Source: Eledone cirrhosa (taxonomy: Eukaryota). Taken from it: DNA of 64,000 nucleotides. Of this stretch, positions 12,664 through 25,680 are shown in pieces; within the stretch, counting starts at the first letter, position 1; every line of letters begins with the position of its first letter. The notes below the pieces were generated by a model. It was not told the origin of the DNA. It did no database searches and saw only the letters and a program-made list of their open reading frames with translations. Location of the stretch: assembly GCA_964016885.1 (NCBI GenBank), contig OZ024749.1, positions 50,778,001-50,842,000 of the forward strand, written 5' to 3'. Both the position numbers and the translations under genes were made by a program.

Positions 12664-12934
12664 TAAGTTGATGCATGACATGCCCTGACATAGTAGATGG
12701 TTAAGATTCAGTCATGGTAGTGATTAACATATGGCAAAACTCAATATGTATACCCTAATATTGAGAACATGAGAAAAATATATAATACAAACAATAGAGA
12801 GGGTGCGTGTAATACAGCTTAAAAAATACATGGCATCAATATAACAGTTAAAAAATTTTTTTTTAAACTACTGAAGAAATAGGAAAGAAAGGAAAGCATA
12901 TACGAAGAAACAGGTGATGTGATATTGTTTTAAA

Positions 12935-12986
<52 letters not shown>

Positions 12987-12991
<5 letters not shown>

Positions 12992-13206
12992 GTGGTTACA
13001 CAACAGTTAGTTCACCATACCGAGAATAATTATTTCATCTTATCGGATCCTCAGCTCGTAATCTAGCACGTAATTACGAGCTGAGGATCCGCTAAGGTGA
13101 AACAATTGTGCTCGGTATGGTGAACTAACTGTTGTGTAACCACTTCTACCTAACACGTCCTGTGGACTGAGTGCTCTACCACTACGGATATTACCTTCCA
13201 GTGTTC

Positions 13207-13214
<8 letters not shown>
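12987..13214. mobile_element. Family A fold-back element, second copy (76-bp arms, 10-nt loop, ~66-bp tail)
   Basis: Same outer ends as 4426-4648 but a different centre (ctagcacgta). Hammerhead-like motif at 13075-13117 has CGAG/CUCG stem I. Flanked by (TA)n. Confidence 0.85.
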
Positions 13215-13239
<25 letters not shown>

Positions 13240-13254
13240 TGATTTCACTCGTAT

Positions 13255-13382
13255 GTGAATAGATTTAATTCGTATTTCTAGCAATCTGAACGTAGTGTCA
13301 TTTGAGATGAATTTCGCTGTTATTTCTATCAATGTGAACGTAGTATCATTTGAGGTAAATTTCGCTCTTATTTCTAGCAACC
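13255..13382 (+). repeat. 48-bp tandem repeat, about 2.5 copies
   Basis: atttctaKcaatStgaacgtagtRtcatttgag repeated. Confidence 0.75.
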
Positions 13383-13849
13383 CCAACGAATAAGCAGAGC
13401 CGCTGTTGCTGGCTTGTTGCTATTTCTCTTCTCGTTATTGATGCTGATGTTATTGCTGTTGTTTTTCATGCTAATAGCCGCTTCATTAAGCCTATGTTAC
13501 AGAAGTGGACGACCTAATGAAGCATTTCATCGAAATTTCTCGTCGTCGCCATTTTGTCTGAACTGCATATCAGATGTTGCCATCCCTGGAAATTAGGATC
13601 TAAATCACGTAAGGCTCTCTACTTAAAATCTGATAAACAGATTGTTTAGGGTTGTGTAAGTGTATACGTGTACGAATTGGAGCGGGTCGATGAATGTTTT
13701 GTGAACTGTCTGTTTATAAGAGAGTAAAGTTGTACGAATTTCGGCGCCTCTGTCTATACGTGGGCGAGATCTCACACGTATGTGTATAGTTGTAAGCGTG
13801 TCTGCGTATATATATGTGAAATAATACACCTCCGTACATGTTTGTCAGC

Positions 13850-14150
13850 CAGTGTGTGTGTATGTATAGGAGATTATGTATCACTGTGTATATTTGTGAA
13901 CATGTGTGTGTATATGTATGAGCATGTGTGTGTGTGTGTGTATGTATAGGAGATTATGTATCACTGTGTATATTTGTGAGCGTGTGTGTGTATATGTATA
14001 CGAGATTATGCACCACTGTGTATATGTATGAGCACGTGTGTGTGTATGTATAGGAGATTATGTACCACTGTGTATATGAGTGAGCCTGTGTGTGTGTATG
14101 TATAGGAGATTATGTACCACTGTGTATATGAGTGAGCCTGTGTGTGTGTA
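13850..14150 (+). repeat. Minisatellite, tgtgtatgtataggagattatgtaYcactgtgtatat unit, 5 copies
   Basis: gagattatg recurs five times. Confidence 0.85.
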
Positions 14151-14465
14151 GTTATACAAGACTGTGTATTCTTTTTCATTCCTTTATCTCTATCTTTCCC
14201 CAAATCTCTATTGAAGTCATTCTTTCATTCGTCTTATTCTTCCTTTACCCTCATATTTCATTCATTTTCCTTGTGTGTCCCTTTTTCTCCTTCCACATCC
14301 CACCTTCTCCAATTATTCCTTTTTTTGTTGGGGGGGGTAGCGGGGTTAGGGAGGGGAGTATCGGTTTGTTCTCCGCCATTCTGTGAATGTTTTATTTTTT
14401 CTATTTTGTTGGTTTTAATTAAAGGTTTCTAATGAAAATATTGACCAGCGGTACCTAATATTACA

Positions 14466-14922
14466 TCACCACCCCGCCACCCCGCCACTCCGCCACTCCG
14501 CCACTCCACTACAACACTACAACACTACACCAATACCCCATCACCACTCCACCACTCCGCCACTCCATCACACCACCATACCACCATACCGCCACACCAC
14601 CACACCACCACACCACCACACCACCACACCACCACACCACCACACCACAATAACACCACCACACCACAATAACACCACCACACCACCACACCACCAAACC
14701 ACCACACCACCACACCACCACACCACCACACCACCACACTACCACACCACAATAACACCAGCACACCACAATAACACCACCACACCACCACACCACCACA
14801 CCGCCACACCACCTACACTTCACCCCAGTAACCAGTCAACCTCTTCTAAGCAGACACTCGTCTAGCTGTCGACAATGTGAAAGATTTGTTTATACAGGTA
14901 AGAGGGGTGGTGGGAGGATGGA

Positions 14923-14953
<31 letters not shown>

Positions 14954-15946
14954 AAGAAGAAGAAGAAGAAGAAGAAGAAGAAGAAGAAGAAGAAGAAGAA
15001 GAAGAAGAAGAAGAAGAAACCTGACATACATGCGGAAGGATGTGAAAGATACTGACTGAGTGAGAAGGGCGGGGGAGGGTGAATCTGAAAAAGAGAGTGA
15101 GAGTGAGAGAGAAAGAGAGAAAGTGTGTTGGAAAAATGTGAAACCTGAGATGTTGAGGGAGAGAGAGAGCTTCAGAGAGAGTTAGAGAGAGAGAGAGAGG
15201 GGGGGGAGAAAGAGAGAGGCTGAGAGAGAGAGGAAGAGTGTCAAAAGCGACATAGATGGAGGGAGCGAGAGTGGTGGTGGGGAGAGTTGACGTCGGGGGC
15301 AGGGAGAGAGATGTGGTGGTGGGAAGGGACAGGAAGAGAGACAAGGCGAGAGACAGAGAGACAGAGAGAGAAAAAATAGAGAGAGATAATGAGAGAATAA
15401 GAGACAGAGAGAGAAAGAGGATGAGAGAATGAAAGAATGAGAGAATGAGAGAATGAGAGAATGGGAGAGGGATAGAGAGAATGAGAGAGAGACAGAGTAA
15501 ATGAGAGAATGAGAGAATGAGAGAGAGAATGAGATAATGAGAGAGAAACAGAGTAAATGAGAGAATGAGAGAATGAGGGAATGAGATAATGAGAGAATGA
15601 GAGAATGAGAGAGGGACAGAGAGAATGAGATAATGAGAGAGAGACAGAGTAAATGAGAGAATCTGAGAATGAGAGAATGAGAGAATGAGAGAATGAGAGA
15701 ATGAGATAATGAGAGAATGAGAGAATGAGAGAGGGACAGAGAGAATGAGATAATGAGAGAGAGACAGAGTAAATGAGAGAATCTGAGAATGAGAGAATGA
15801 GAGAATGAGAGAATGAGATAATGAGAGAATGAGAGAATGAGAGAGGGACAGAGAGAATGAGATAATGAGAGAGAGACAGAGTAAATGAGAGAATCAGAGA
15901 ATGAGAGAATGAGAGAATGAGAGAATGAGAGAATGAGAGAATGAGA
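14466..15946 (+). repeat. Compound satellite block: (CCACA)n, (GAA)n, GA-rich tract, (ATGAGAGA)n with higher-order units
   Basis: Directly visible; (GAA)n at ~14925-15018; gacagagtaaatgagagaatc recurs every ~110-120 bp. Confidence 0.9.
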
Positions 15947-16345
15947 CGTTCTATTGTGGTGAAAGATGCCGTCAGATGTGAAACATTGAGATCACTTCTT
16001 TAAATGGTATGTATGAATGTAAACATCATAGAATTGACAGTTTGACACAACAGTGAAAGTAGACTGTGGCCATGATATGTAAATAGCATAACAGTACATA
16101 TATATATATATATATACACATATATATATATATTTATTAAAATTACAGATTAAAGTTTAAGCAAAGAATCGCTGCTTTGACCCTTAACGGGATCTTCTGA
16201 AACTAACAAAGTCAATCTGTGAACGCAGAAGTGAATATTTCAAAAAATGTTGCAAAGGAAGACGATACTACGGCTCTTATATATTTGATATATATTTATC
16301 CTTATCGAGCCCTCTTTGGATTTTAGTCTTCAAATTTATTATTAT

Positions 16346-16380
<35 letters not shown>

Positions 16381-16384
<4 letters not shown>

Positions 16385-16566
16385 AACAAGTATGACCCCG
16401 ACGGCAGATCTCAAGCCGTTTCGACGGCTAATTCAGAATTAGCCGTCGAAACGGCTTGAGCTCTGCCATCGGGGTCATACTTGTTCCTATTACCCACTCT
16501 ACTACCCTAAGTATTGAGTACTTTGGTGCGTTATGGTTCATCTGGTTCCTTACCACATTTCCTTCG

Positions 16567-16569
<3 letters not shown>
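16381..16569. mobile_element. Family B fold-back element: 54-bp arms centred on 16435 plus 80-bp tail
   Basis: 16381-16434 pairs with 16436-16489; tail ends ccacatttccttcgtta into (TA)n; arm contains a hammerhead-like 3' half (GAAAC GGC...GCC RUC). Confidence 0.85.
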
Positions 16570-16604
<35 letters not shown>

Positions 16605-16741
16605 TATATATATTAGAAAGTGAGGGGTTTTTTACAAAATGAAAAAAAAACGAGGTGTCCTACACGAGTGAAAGTATAAGGAAAAAAATGAAATCGAAAA
16701 TGCAACTGGAGTCTTTTTTTTTTAAATATATATTTACTTGG

Positions 16742-16785
16742 TTCCTTTACCGGTTTCGCAGTTCTTCTGCTTTTCAAAAGTAGGA
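16742..16785 (-). ncRNA. Hammerhead-like motif with U3/A8 core variant
   Basis: Minus strand: CUU-UUGAAAA-GCAG aagaa CUGC-GAAA-CCGG-UA-AAG; palindromic stem III, GUA triplet. Confidence 0.6.
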
Positions 16786-16902
16786 TTGAGATGGAGGGTC
16801 TGTGGTTCTTCTCACATATATATATACGTTAGCTCTGTACATTACATAGAGAGGTCATTTTCCTTGATCTATTCTCTTGAATCTCTTGGCACGGTGTGTG
16901 TG

Positions 16903-16959
<57 letters not shown>

Positions 16960-17061
16960 GCACATGCATACATTCACGCATACATACACCCACACGCCCA
17001 CATACACCATCAATGTACCTGTTATTTGTATCTAAATACATTTTTTTCCAATTCCACCCGC

Positions 17062-17190
17062 CCGTCGAAACGGCTGAAGCTCAGCCGTCGGGGTCCTGGC
17101 TCGTTTCCTATTACCCACTTTACTACCCATAGTGTCAAGTACTCTAGTGCTTTATGGTCCACCTGGTACCCTACCACACTTCCTTCGTTA
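17062..17190 (+). mobile_element. Family B element, single arm plus tail
   Basis: ccgtcgaaacggctgaagctcagccgtcggggtcc...ccacacttccttcgtta then (TA)n. Confidence 0.8.
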
Positions 17191-17914
17191 TATATATATA
17201 TATATATACTTTTATATATATATAATATATATATATATATATAAACATATATGTACATACATAGGTATGTATATAATTATTTATTTAAAGATTGCTACCA
17301 AAGAAGATAAACGATGGCGATGATGAATATGATCATAATCATAATCATGATGATGATGATGATATATTATGATTCCTGATCTAATAGTCAGAAAAGATGT
17401 TTGGAGTATATTCCTGTTGTTTTCTCTAGATATATATCTCAAATCTTCGATTAATAACATTTCATAAAGCAGTAACAGAGAAATATAATCTTAATGTTCT
17501 TTGGATATCTTATATTTCAAATAAACCTATAATTCTGTATTCAATTATCACTAAACACTATTTTTTAACACACAATTTGTGCAAAATAGCTGTGTACAGA
17601 TATATATATTGGTTTACTTTGATTCTAGTACATACATATTAAAATTGTTCTTGAATTGTACAGTTACTCATCAAAGATTGTTTTGCTTAAGAGTAATAAT
17701 TGTTATAATAACGTAAGAAGATATAAAGTTCTGACTGTATATAAAACTATATTTTAGTATATTTTCAGATTTACGAGAAACACATTGTTATTATTATTTT
17801 GCAGTTGTTTAGTCCTAAATCAGAGGTGATCTAGTAAACTTTATAATCAAATTGCTTTATTTTAACCATTATGGTTCCTCAGATATAACTTAATTGAAAC
17901 TGTATTTTCCAATA

Positions 17915-18381
17915 TACGAGGCTCGGCTCATATTCATAGGCTGACCAAGATTCTCTCAGGGAATGACCAAATGAGGTTTATTTTTCAACATAGTCTCTGG
18001 AAAGAAACAAGGCAGTTATTGATAAGAAGAGTTGATATTAATGTATGCAAGATTTCACATCCCTAGCATCACAATTTCATAGTCAGCCTATGACCAAGAT
18101 ACTCTCAGGGACGAACAAAGTGGTTTATTTTTCAACATAGTCTCTGGAAAGAAACAATGCAGTTATTGATAAGACGAGTTGATATTAATGTATGCAAGAT
18201 TTCACAGCCCTAGCATCACAATTTCATAGTCGGCCTATTACCAAAATACTCTCATGGAATGACTCTGGAAAGAAACAATGCTGTTATTAATAAGTCGTGT
18301 TGAAATTAATGCATGTAAGTTTTCACAGCCTAGCATCAATTCTTCATAGTCAGCCTATGAACTTTTCAGCCCACCCTCGTA
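17915..18381. mobile_element. Non-autonomous mariner/Tc1-type MITE with internal tandem triplication (~148-bp period)
   Basis: Termini tacgagg...ttcataggctgac and gtcagcctatgaacttttcagcccaccctcgta with TA ends; accaaRatWctctca at ~17944, 18093 and 18240; related fragment at ~24714-24763. Confidence 0.8.
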
Positions 18382-18457
18382 TACTGCTCACTATGTATAA
18401 GTATATTTTACTATATTTTCAGATGTATAGGGAACACATTGCTATTATTATTTTGCA

Positions 18458-18561
18458 AATCCCGCCGAGGTTAACTTTGCCGTTCATCCTTACGGGGTCG
18501 ATAAAATAAAGTTCCAGTAATGTACTGGGTAATTGCTGGCCTTGTGCCAAAAGTAGAAACA
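18458..18561 (+). mobile_element. 5'-truncated Meta-domain SINE with TSD
   Basis: TSD attatYattttgca at 18444-18457 and 18562-18575. Confidence 0.88.
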
Positions 18562-18699
18562 ATTATCATTTTGCAGTTGTTTAGCCCTAGGTCAGAGGTG
18601 ATCTAGTAAACTTTATAACCAAAGTGATTTACTTTAACCATTATGTTTCTTCAGATATATCTGAAACAGTATTTATCAATATATATATATATATACAGT

Positions 18700-19180
18700 C
18701 TTCTATTCTTAAGACGATAAGTTGATAAGCGATTTAAAAGAGATTCCGAGGAGAAAACACTTATAGTCGTTATTACCGGTTCAACTGAATGCAATGAACT
18801 GGGAAACAAATCATGATCAAAGCATGGATTAATTTCCAGAAGGATTTCAACAGATCCACCCATACGTTGACCGCCAAAAATACTATGAATAAATTAGCGC
18901 AATTGATAGAAAGATACATGAAACATGTTATACGTGAATGATAATAAAATCTAAACTTATCCCCGTTAGATGAGGAATATTCCAAGATGACACACTATCT
19001 CTAATCTTATTCTGTTTGTTGCTGACACCTTTAAACGACATTTTAAACTTGACTAAACTCAGAAAAGATGCTTTCGGAGGACAATCTCCATATTTTTTCT
19101 GCATGTACGACGTCAAATTGTACATTGCAGACGATAAAAAAGTTAGGAACCCTTCTGCGGGAAGTACATGACTCACATTT
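18700..19180 (-). pseudogene. Decayed Penelope-like reverse transcriptase fragment
   Basis: Successive minus frames give FLSLVKFKMSFKGVSNKQ..DSV, CANLFIVFL and TTISVFSSE..LN, in the order of PLE RT motifs F.FnG..YkQ.dGv, ANlFM..lE and YvDD.fv.f. Confidence 0.45.
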
Positions 19181-19230
19181 GTGTGTAGTATATATATATA
19201 TATACATATTTAAAATATACATATATCTTT

Positions 19231-19276
<46 letters not shown>

Positions 19277-19417
19277 TTTAAAAATATGTATATGTATATA
19301 TACATACAAATATATATATTTATATTGCCAGTATCATTTCTGATTTTTGCGTTTCGCTTCGCTTTTCCTGCCCGCCGATAATGCGATTCTCGCTGAATCT
19401 TTATTTGTATATTTATA

Positions 19418-19479
<62 letters not shown>

Positions 19480-19559
19480 GAGTTTGATAAAGGAATTTGT
19501 GTATATATATATACATATATTCACCCCTTCCGATACCATACATATGTATATATATATAT

Positions 19560-19591
<32 letters not shown>

Positions 19592-19629
19592 AATATATAT
19601 ATATATACACACATTCATTTATCAAACTC

Positions 19630-19682
<53 letters not shown>

Positions 19683-19760
19683 ACCGAGGTAAGTGAGAGT
19701 GTCTAATGTGTATATATATGTGGAAGACAAGACAGGCAATTAGATAGTTATTATGACAGC

Positions 19761-19888
<128 letters not shown>

Positions 19889-20466
19889 TTACGCATCCGT
19901 CTATCACTATGCCCCATTTTATCTGTCTGTATGTCTGCATATTTTTCTATTTGCTTTTCTGTTGTTTGTGTGTGCTTGAATGTTTACGCATATCTCGGAG
20001 TCCATACAAAGAACTATTGGGAGACAAGTTGGAAGACGTATAGATGAACAACAATTTGAAATATTTTGACATTTCTTCATTATTTATAATTTAACTTTCT
20101 TCAAAAGTCTCCAAGATACCTACAGCTTTAAACAACGAATAATTTCCGTAAAATCTTTCTCTATTTTGAATAAACATTATATGAACTAATGTCCCCGTGC
20201 CGTCAATAATGACAACCAAAGAGTTTCTCTTGCTTTAATTTACTGAATATGACAGGAAAATAAGTTAAAATATGGAATATTCTGTTCGTGTTTTAAAGAA
20301 ATATTTACGTATACAAATAAACAACCTTCAAAAAAGATTTTTTTTTTTCTCTGTTCAATATTTACTTTAGAGTTACTCAACGTGATAAACGTCTTATTGG
20401 AGTTATTTCCCTTAGCGTGACACGAAATATATATTACACTATAGTATTTATTATGAGATGGATTCG

Positions 20467-22422
20467 TGGTGGTGGTGGTGGTGGTGGTGGTGGTGGTGTT
20501 AGTGACGGTGGTTGTGTTGGTGGTGTTGATGGTGGTGGTGGTGGTGGTGGTGGTGGTGGTGGTGGTGGTGGTAGTGATGATGATAGTGTGGTGGTGTTGA
20601 TGGTGGTGGTGGTAGTGACGGTGGTGTTGATGGTGGTGGTGGTGGTGGTGGTGATGATGACTGATTGGTGGTGGTGATGGTGGTGACGGTGGTGGTGGTG
20701 GTGGTGGTGATGATGATGATAGTGTGGTGGTGTTGATGGTGGTGGTGTTGGTGGTGGTGAGGATGGTGGTGGTGATGGTGTGGTGGTGGTGGTGTTGATG
20801 ATGATAGTTTGGTGGTGTTGATGGTGGTGGTGTTGGTGGTGGTGAGGATGGTGGTGGTGGTGATGGTGGTGGTGATGGTGTGGTGGTGAGGATGGTGGTG
20901 GTGATGGTGGTGGTGATGGTGTGGTGGTGAGGATGGTGGTGGTGATGGTGGTGGTGATTATGATAGTTTGGTGGTGTTGATGGTGGTGGTGTTGGTGATG
21001 GTGAGGATGGTGGTGGTGATGGTGGTGGTGGTGGTGGTGGTGTTGATGGTGGTGAGAATGGTGGTGGTGATGATGGAGGTGTTGATGGTGGTGGTGTTGA
21101 TGGTGGTGATGGTGAGGATGGTGGTGGTGTTGATGGTGGTGGTGGTGATGGTGAGGATGGTGGCGGTGATGGTGGTGGTGGTGGTGATGATGGTGGTGGT
21201 GGTGATGATGATAGTGTGGTGGTGTTGATGGTGGTGGTGTTGGTGGTGGTGAGGATGGTGGTGGTGGTGATGGTGGTGGTGATGGTGTGGTGGTGAGGAT
21301 GGTGGTGGTGATGGTGGTGGTGATGGTGTGGTGGTGAGGATGGTGGTGGTGATGGTGGTGGTGATTATGATAGTTTGGTGGTGTTGATGGTGGTGGTGTT
21401 GGTGATGGTGAGGATGGTGGTGGTGATGGTGGTGGTGGTGGTGGTGGTGTTGATGGTGGTGAGAATGGTGGTGGTGATGATGGAGGTGTTGATGGTGGTG
21501 GTGTTGATGGTGGTGATGGTGAGGATGGTGGTGGTGTTGATGGTGGTGGTGGTGATGGTGAGGATGGTGGCGGTGATGGTGGTGGTGGTGGTGATGATGG
21601 TGGTGGTGGTGATGATGATAGTGTGGTGGTGTTGATGGTGGTGGTGTTGGTGGTGGTGAGGATGGTGGTGATGGTGAGGATGGTGGTGGTGGTGTTGGTG
21701 GTGGTGTTGGTGGTGGTGGTGGTGGTGGTGGTGGTGGTGGTGGTGGTGGTGGTGGTGATGGTGGTGGTGGTGGTGATGGTGGTGGTGGTGGTGGTGGTGA
21801 TGGTGGTGGTGGTGGTGGTGGTGTTGGTGGTGGTGGTGGTGGTGGTGGTGTTGGTGGTGGTGGTGGTGGTGGTGATGGTGGTGTTGGTGGTGGTGGTGGT
21901 GGTGGTGGTGGTGGTGGTGGTGGTGGTGGTGGTGGTGATGGTGGTGGTGGTGGTGATGGTGGTGGTGGTGGTGGTGGTGGTGGTGGTGGTGGTGGTGGTG
22001 ATGGTGGTGGTGGTGGTGATGGTGGTGGTGGTGGTGGTGGTGATGGTGGTGGTGGTGGTGGTGATGGTGGTGATAGCTTTTGTAATTATTCTAACAGTAA
22101 AAGTGTTCTGAATAATGTCACAAGTGGTGATTGTCATTAATAGATGTAGTGCTACTGTTGGCAGGGGTGTAGTAGGAGGTGATGGTAGAGCTAACGATGG
22201 TGGTGGTGGCGATAAGGATGATGATGTTGATGATGATGATGATGATGCTGATGATTGTGATGATTATGATGATGATGATGTTGGTGATGATGATGGTGAT
22301 GATGATGGTGATGATGGTGATGATGATGGTGATGATGATGGTGGTGATGATGATTGTGTTGATGATGATGATAAGTGTGATGATGATTGTGTTGATGATG
22401 ATGATGATGATGGTGATGATGG

Positions 22423-22457
<35 letters not shown>

Positions 22458-23292
22458 TTGGTGATGATGATGGTGATGATGATGATTGTGTTGATGATGA
22501 TGATGATTGTGATGATGATCGTGTTGATGATGATGATGATGATGATTGTGATGATGATGGTGATGATGATGATGATGATGGTGATGATTGTGATGATGAT
22601 GTTGATGAAGATCATCATCACTATCACATAATGATGATGATCGTTATCATCACCATCATGGTGGTGGTTGGTGCTTGTTGAGGTGGTAATAATATATATT
22701 AGTCATGAATGGTAATTCTTGGTGATAATGAACATAATTGCAGTGACAGCAACAACAACAACAACAACAAGAGTCGCGACAATAACAAATAACAACAACA
22801 AGAACAACAACGACACCGACCAACAACTACAAAACGAGCAAAAACAATAACAGCAACAACAGCAACAACAGCAACAACAACAACGACAACAACCACAACA
22901 ACAACAACCACAACAACAACCACAACAACAACCACAACAACAACCACAACAACAACCACAACAACCATAACGACCAACAATAACAACCACAACGCCAACA
23001 ACAACAACCACAACAACAGCCACAACAACAACCACAACAACCATAACGACCAACAATAACAACCACAACGCCAACAACAACAACCACAACGACCAACAAC
23101 AACAACAACCACAACAACAACCACAACGCCAGCAACAACAACCACAACGACCAACAACAACAACCACAACAACAACCACAACAACAGCCACAACAACAAC
23201 AACAACAACCACAACAACAGCCACAACAACAACAACAACAATAACAACCATAACAACAACAACAACAACCACAACAACGACGACGACGACGA
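20467..23292. repeat. Large trinucleotide satellite block: (GGT/GAT)n, then (GAT)n, then (CAA/CCA)n; includes a 407-bp tandem duplication
   Basis: Identical 86-aa ORFs at 20968 and 21375 (offset 407). Confidence 0.92.
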
Positions 23293-23374
23293 AGCTGAGA
23301 TAAAGACAACCATATATACCGAACTATGACCATATTTGAACAATAACCGTCAATTTCTGTTAGAAAGATATCAA

Positions 23375-23614
23375 CTATGAAGAATCCAGAAACATCAGAA
23401 TTAGATTCAGTGGAATAACAATGACAAACTCCTTATGGAATTTCATCGAATCATGGAACTGTTGGTGATTGCTTCACAGACCACCGTCAAATGTTTGATA
23501 TGCTCCAATGGGATTCTATTACTTAACATTCAAGAATTTAACACTTAGTTTGCAATCTTCGTTCGTTGATACAATAATCATGATTGTCTAACTGAGACAC
23601 ACTGTCTCATTGAT

Positions 23615-23663
<49 letters not shown>

Positions 23664-24070
23664 TCAAATACACTCTGAGCATTCCTCTTTCTCGCGTTCA
23701 CTTCTGCCTCTCTCTCTCTCTCTCCTTCTGTCCCCCTCTCTCTCTCTCTCCATCTCTCTCCCCCTCTCTATCTCTATCTCCCTCTTTCTCCTTCCCTCTC
23801 CATCTCACTCTCACTCACTTTCTCTCTCGCTCTCACTACCCGTCTTTCTTTCCCCTTCTCTCTCTCGCTCGCCCCTCTCCCTCTCTCCACCTCACTTTCA
23901 TTCTATCTCGCCCGCCCGCCTTCTCCCCAGCACCCTTTCTTCCATTCATCTTTGATTAAGGATCACTATCCTTATGGAAATCACTTCAATTATCATATCT
24001 TTGCTAGAATCCATAAATTATAATATTCACAATAACGAGACGTTAGGGTGCCTCTATATGGTCACTTGTA
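23375..24070 (+). repeat. Old duplicated segment (paralog at ~25855-26236), interrupted by a CT-rich tract; possibly a decayed LINE RT
   Basis: ggaataacaat..caaactccttatgg, attctattacttaacatt and ctgtctca shared with the 25855 copy; weak YGIS...R.Q similarity to CR1/L2 RT. Confidence 0.55.
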
Positions 24071-24312
24071 TAGCATCCAACATTTCCTTCATATCAAACC
24101 TTAATCTTCTTAAAAATCTGGAATATTACTTTACCTTTGAAGACTCAGCCTTAGACACACGGCGCCTGAAAGAAAGATTTCATGTGACTAGAGCCCCTTT
24201 TATCATAGATTCAATCAATAATGAAAGGGTATATGATTATCAACGTTTTAATGGTCAGAAATACGTTGTTGTGTCTTTTTTTTTTTTTTTACACAACGGT
24301 ATTTGTTATAAA

Positions 24313-24447
24313 GGCGGCAAATTGGCGGAGGCGTTAGAACGTCGGTACAATACTTTGCAGTTTTCGTTCCGGCTCTTTGTTCTCTGAAGTCAACTTTGCC
24401 TTTCATCTACTCGAGGTTGATAAAAGAAAGTACCAGTCAAGTACTGG
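24313..24447 (+). mobile_element. Older-subfamily Meta-domain SINE
   Basis: ggcggcaaattggcggaggcgttag...gtcaactttgcctttcatc...gataaaagaaagtaccag. Confidence 0.8.
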
Positions 24448-24763
24448 AACCAATTCTTCTTCTATATTTCTTTCTCAATTCCATTCTCTGATTCTCTCTC
24501 CTTTTCGGGAATAGAAGGAAATCTCCTATATTCAGACCTAGAGAGAAGATAGACTGCGCCAGAATTAAAATTACCCTAGAAACGCCGTATGTTACTATGG
24601 CGTTCCTGACATTCCATTAGAAGATACGTGACCATACATACATACATTTGATAGAAGAGTGATTGAAAATAAATTTTATACACCTACAAATATTACCAGT
24701 AGTACTAAAATAACACCAAGATACTCACGTGGAATAATCAACTGAGGTTTATTTTTCAACATA

Positions 24764-25207
24764 ATGGTGGTGTTGATGCTGGTGATGTTGGTGCTGGTGG
24801 TGATGGTGCTGGTGCTGGTGGTGCTGGTGGGGCTGGTGCTGGTGGTGCTGGTGGGGCTGGTGCTGGTGGTGCTGGTGGGGCTGGTGCTTGTGGTGGTGGT
24901 GGTGGTGCTGCTGGTGCTGGTGGTGCTGGTGGTGTTGGTGGTGGTGGTGTTGGTGGTGCTGGTGGTGGTGCTGGTGCTTGTGGTGCTGGTGGTGCTGGTG
25001 GTGTTGGTGGTGCTGGTGCTGTTGGTGGTGGTGATGGTGATGGTGTTAATGATAATAATGGTAGTGATGATAACGTTGATTGTAGTGATAGTGGTGGCGG
25101 TGGTGGTGATGGTGGTGGCGGTGGTGGTGATGGTGGTGCTAGTATTAGTAGGTGGTGATTAGGCTAAAGAAAATTGATGGTTGCCATAATGATTATAAAA
25201 ATGCTGT

Positions 25208-25241
<34 letters not shown>

Positions 25242-25302
25242 AATGATGTATAAGAGAAAAAGGAGTAGAAGGAGGAGGGGACGAGGGAGATTGTGTTGAT
25301 GA

Positions 25303-25334
<32 letters not shown>

Positions 25335-25393
25335 GCGGTAGGAGAAGTAGTTGGTGACAAGAACGAATAGACTGACCAAGACGACGATGAGGG

Positions 25394-25460
<67 letters not shown>

Positions 25461-25680
25461 GGTGGTGGTGGTGGTGGTGGTGGTGGTGGTGGTGGTGGTG
25501 CTACTGTTGGTATTAGGTGACGTAGTTGATGACAACAGCGAACAGAACGATCGCGACGATGAAGATGATGAAGACGGCGATGGCGATGATGATGATGATG
25601 ATGATGATGGTGATGATGATGGCGACAGATGTGATGATGATGATGATGATGACAGAGGTGATGTTATGATCATGTCGACG
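24764..25680 (+). repeat. (GGT/GCT/GAT)n microsatellite block
   Basis: Directly visible. Confidence 0.9.

Noticed and set aside
20434-22137. 567-aa Thr/Pro/His-rich mucin-like ORF and neighbouring poly-Asp ORFs
   Set aside because: Pure trinucleotide satellite, open in several frames on both strands, with no domain or splice evidence.
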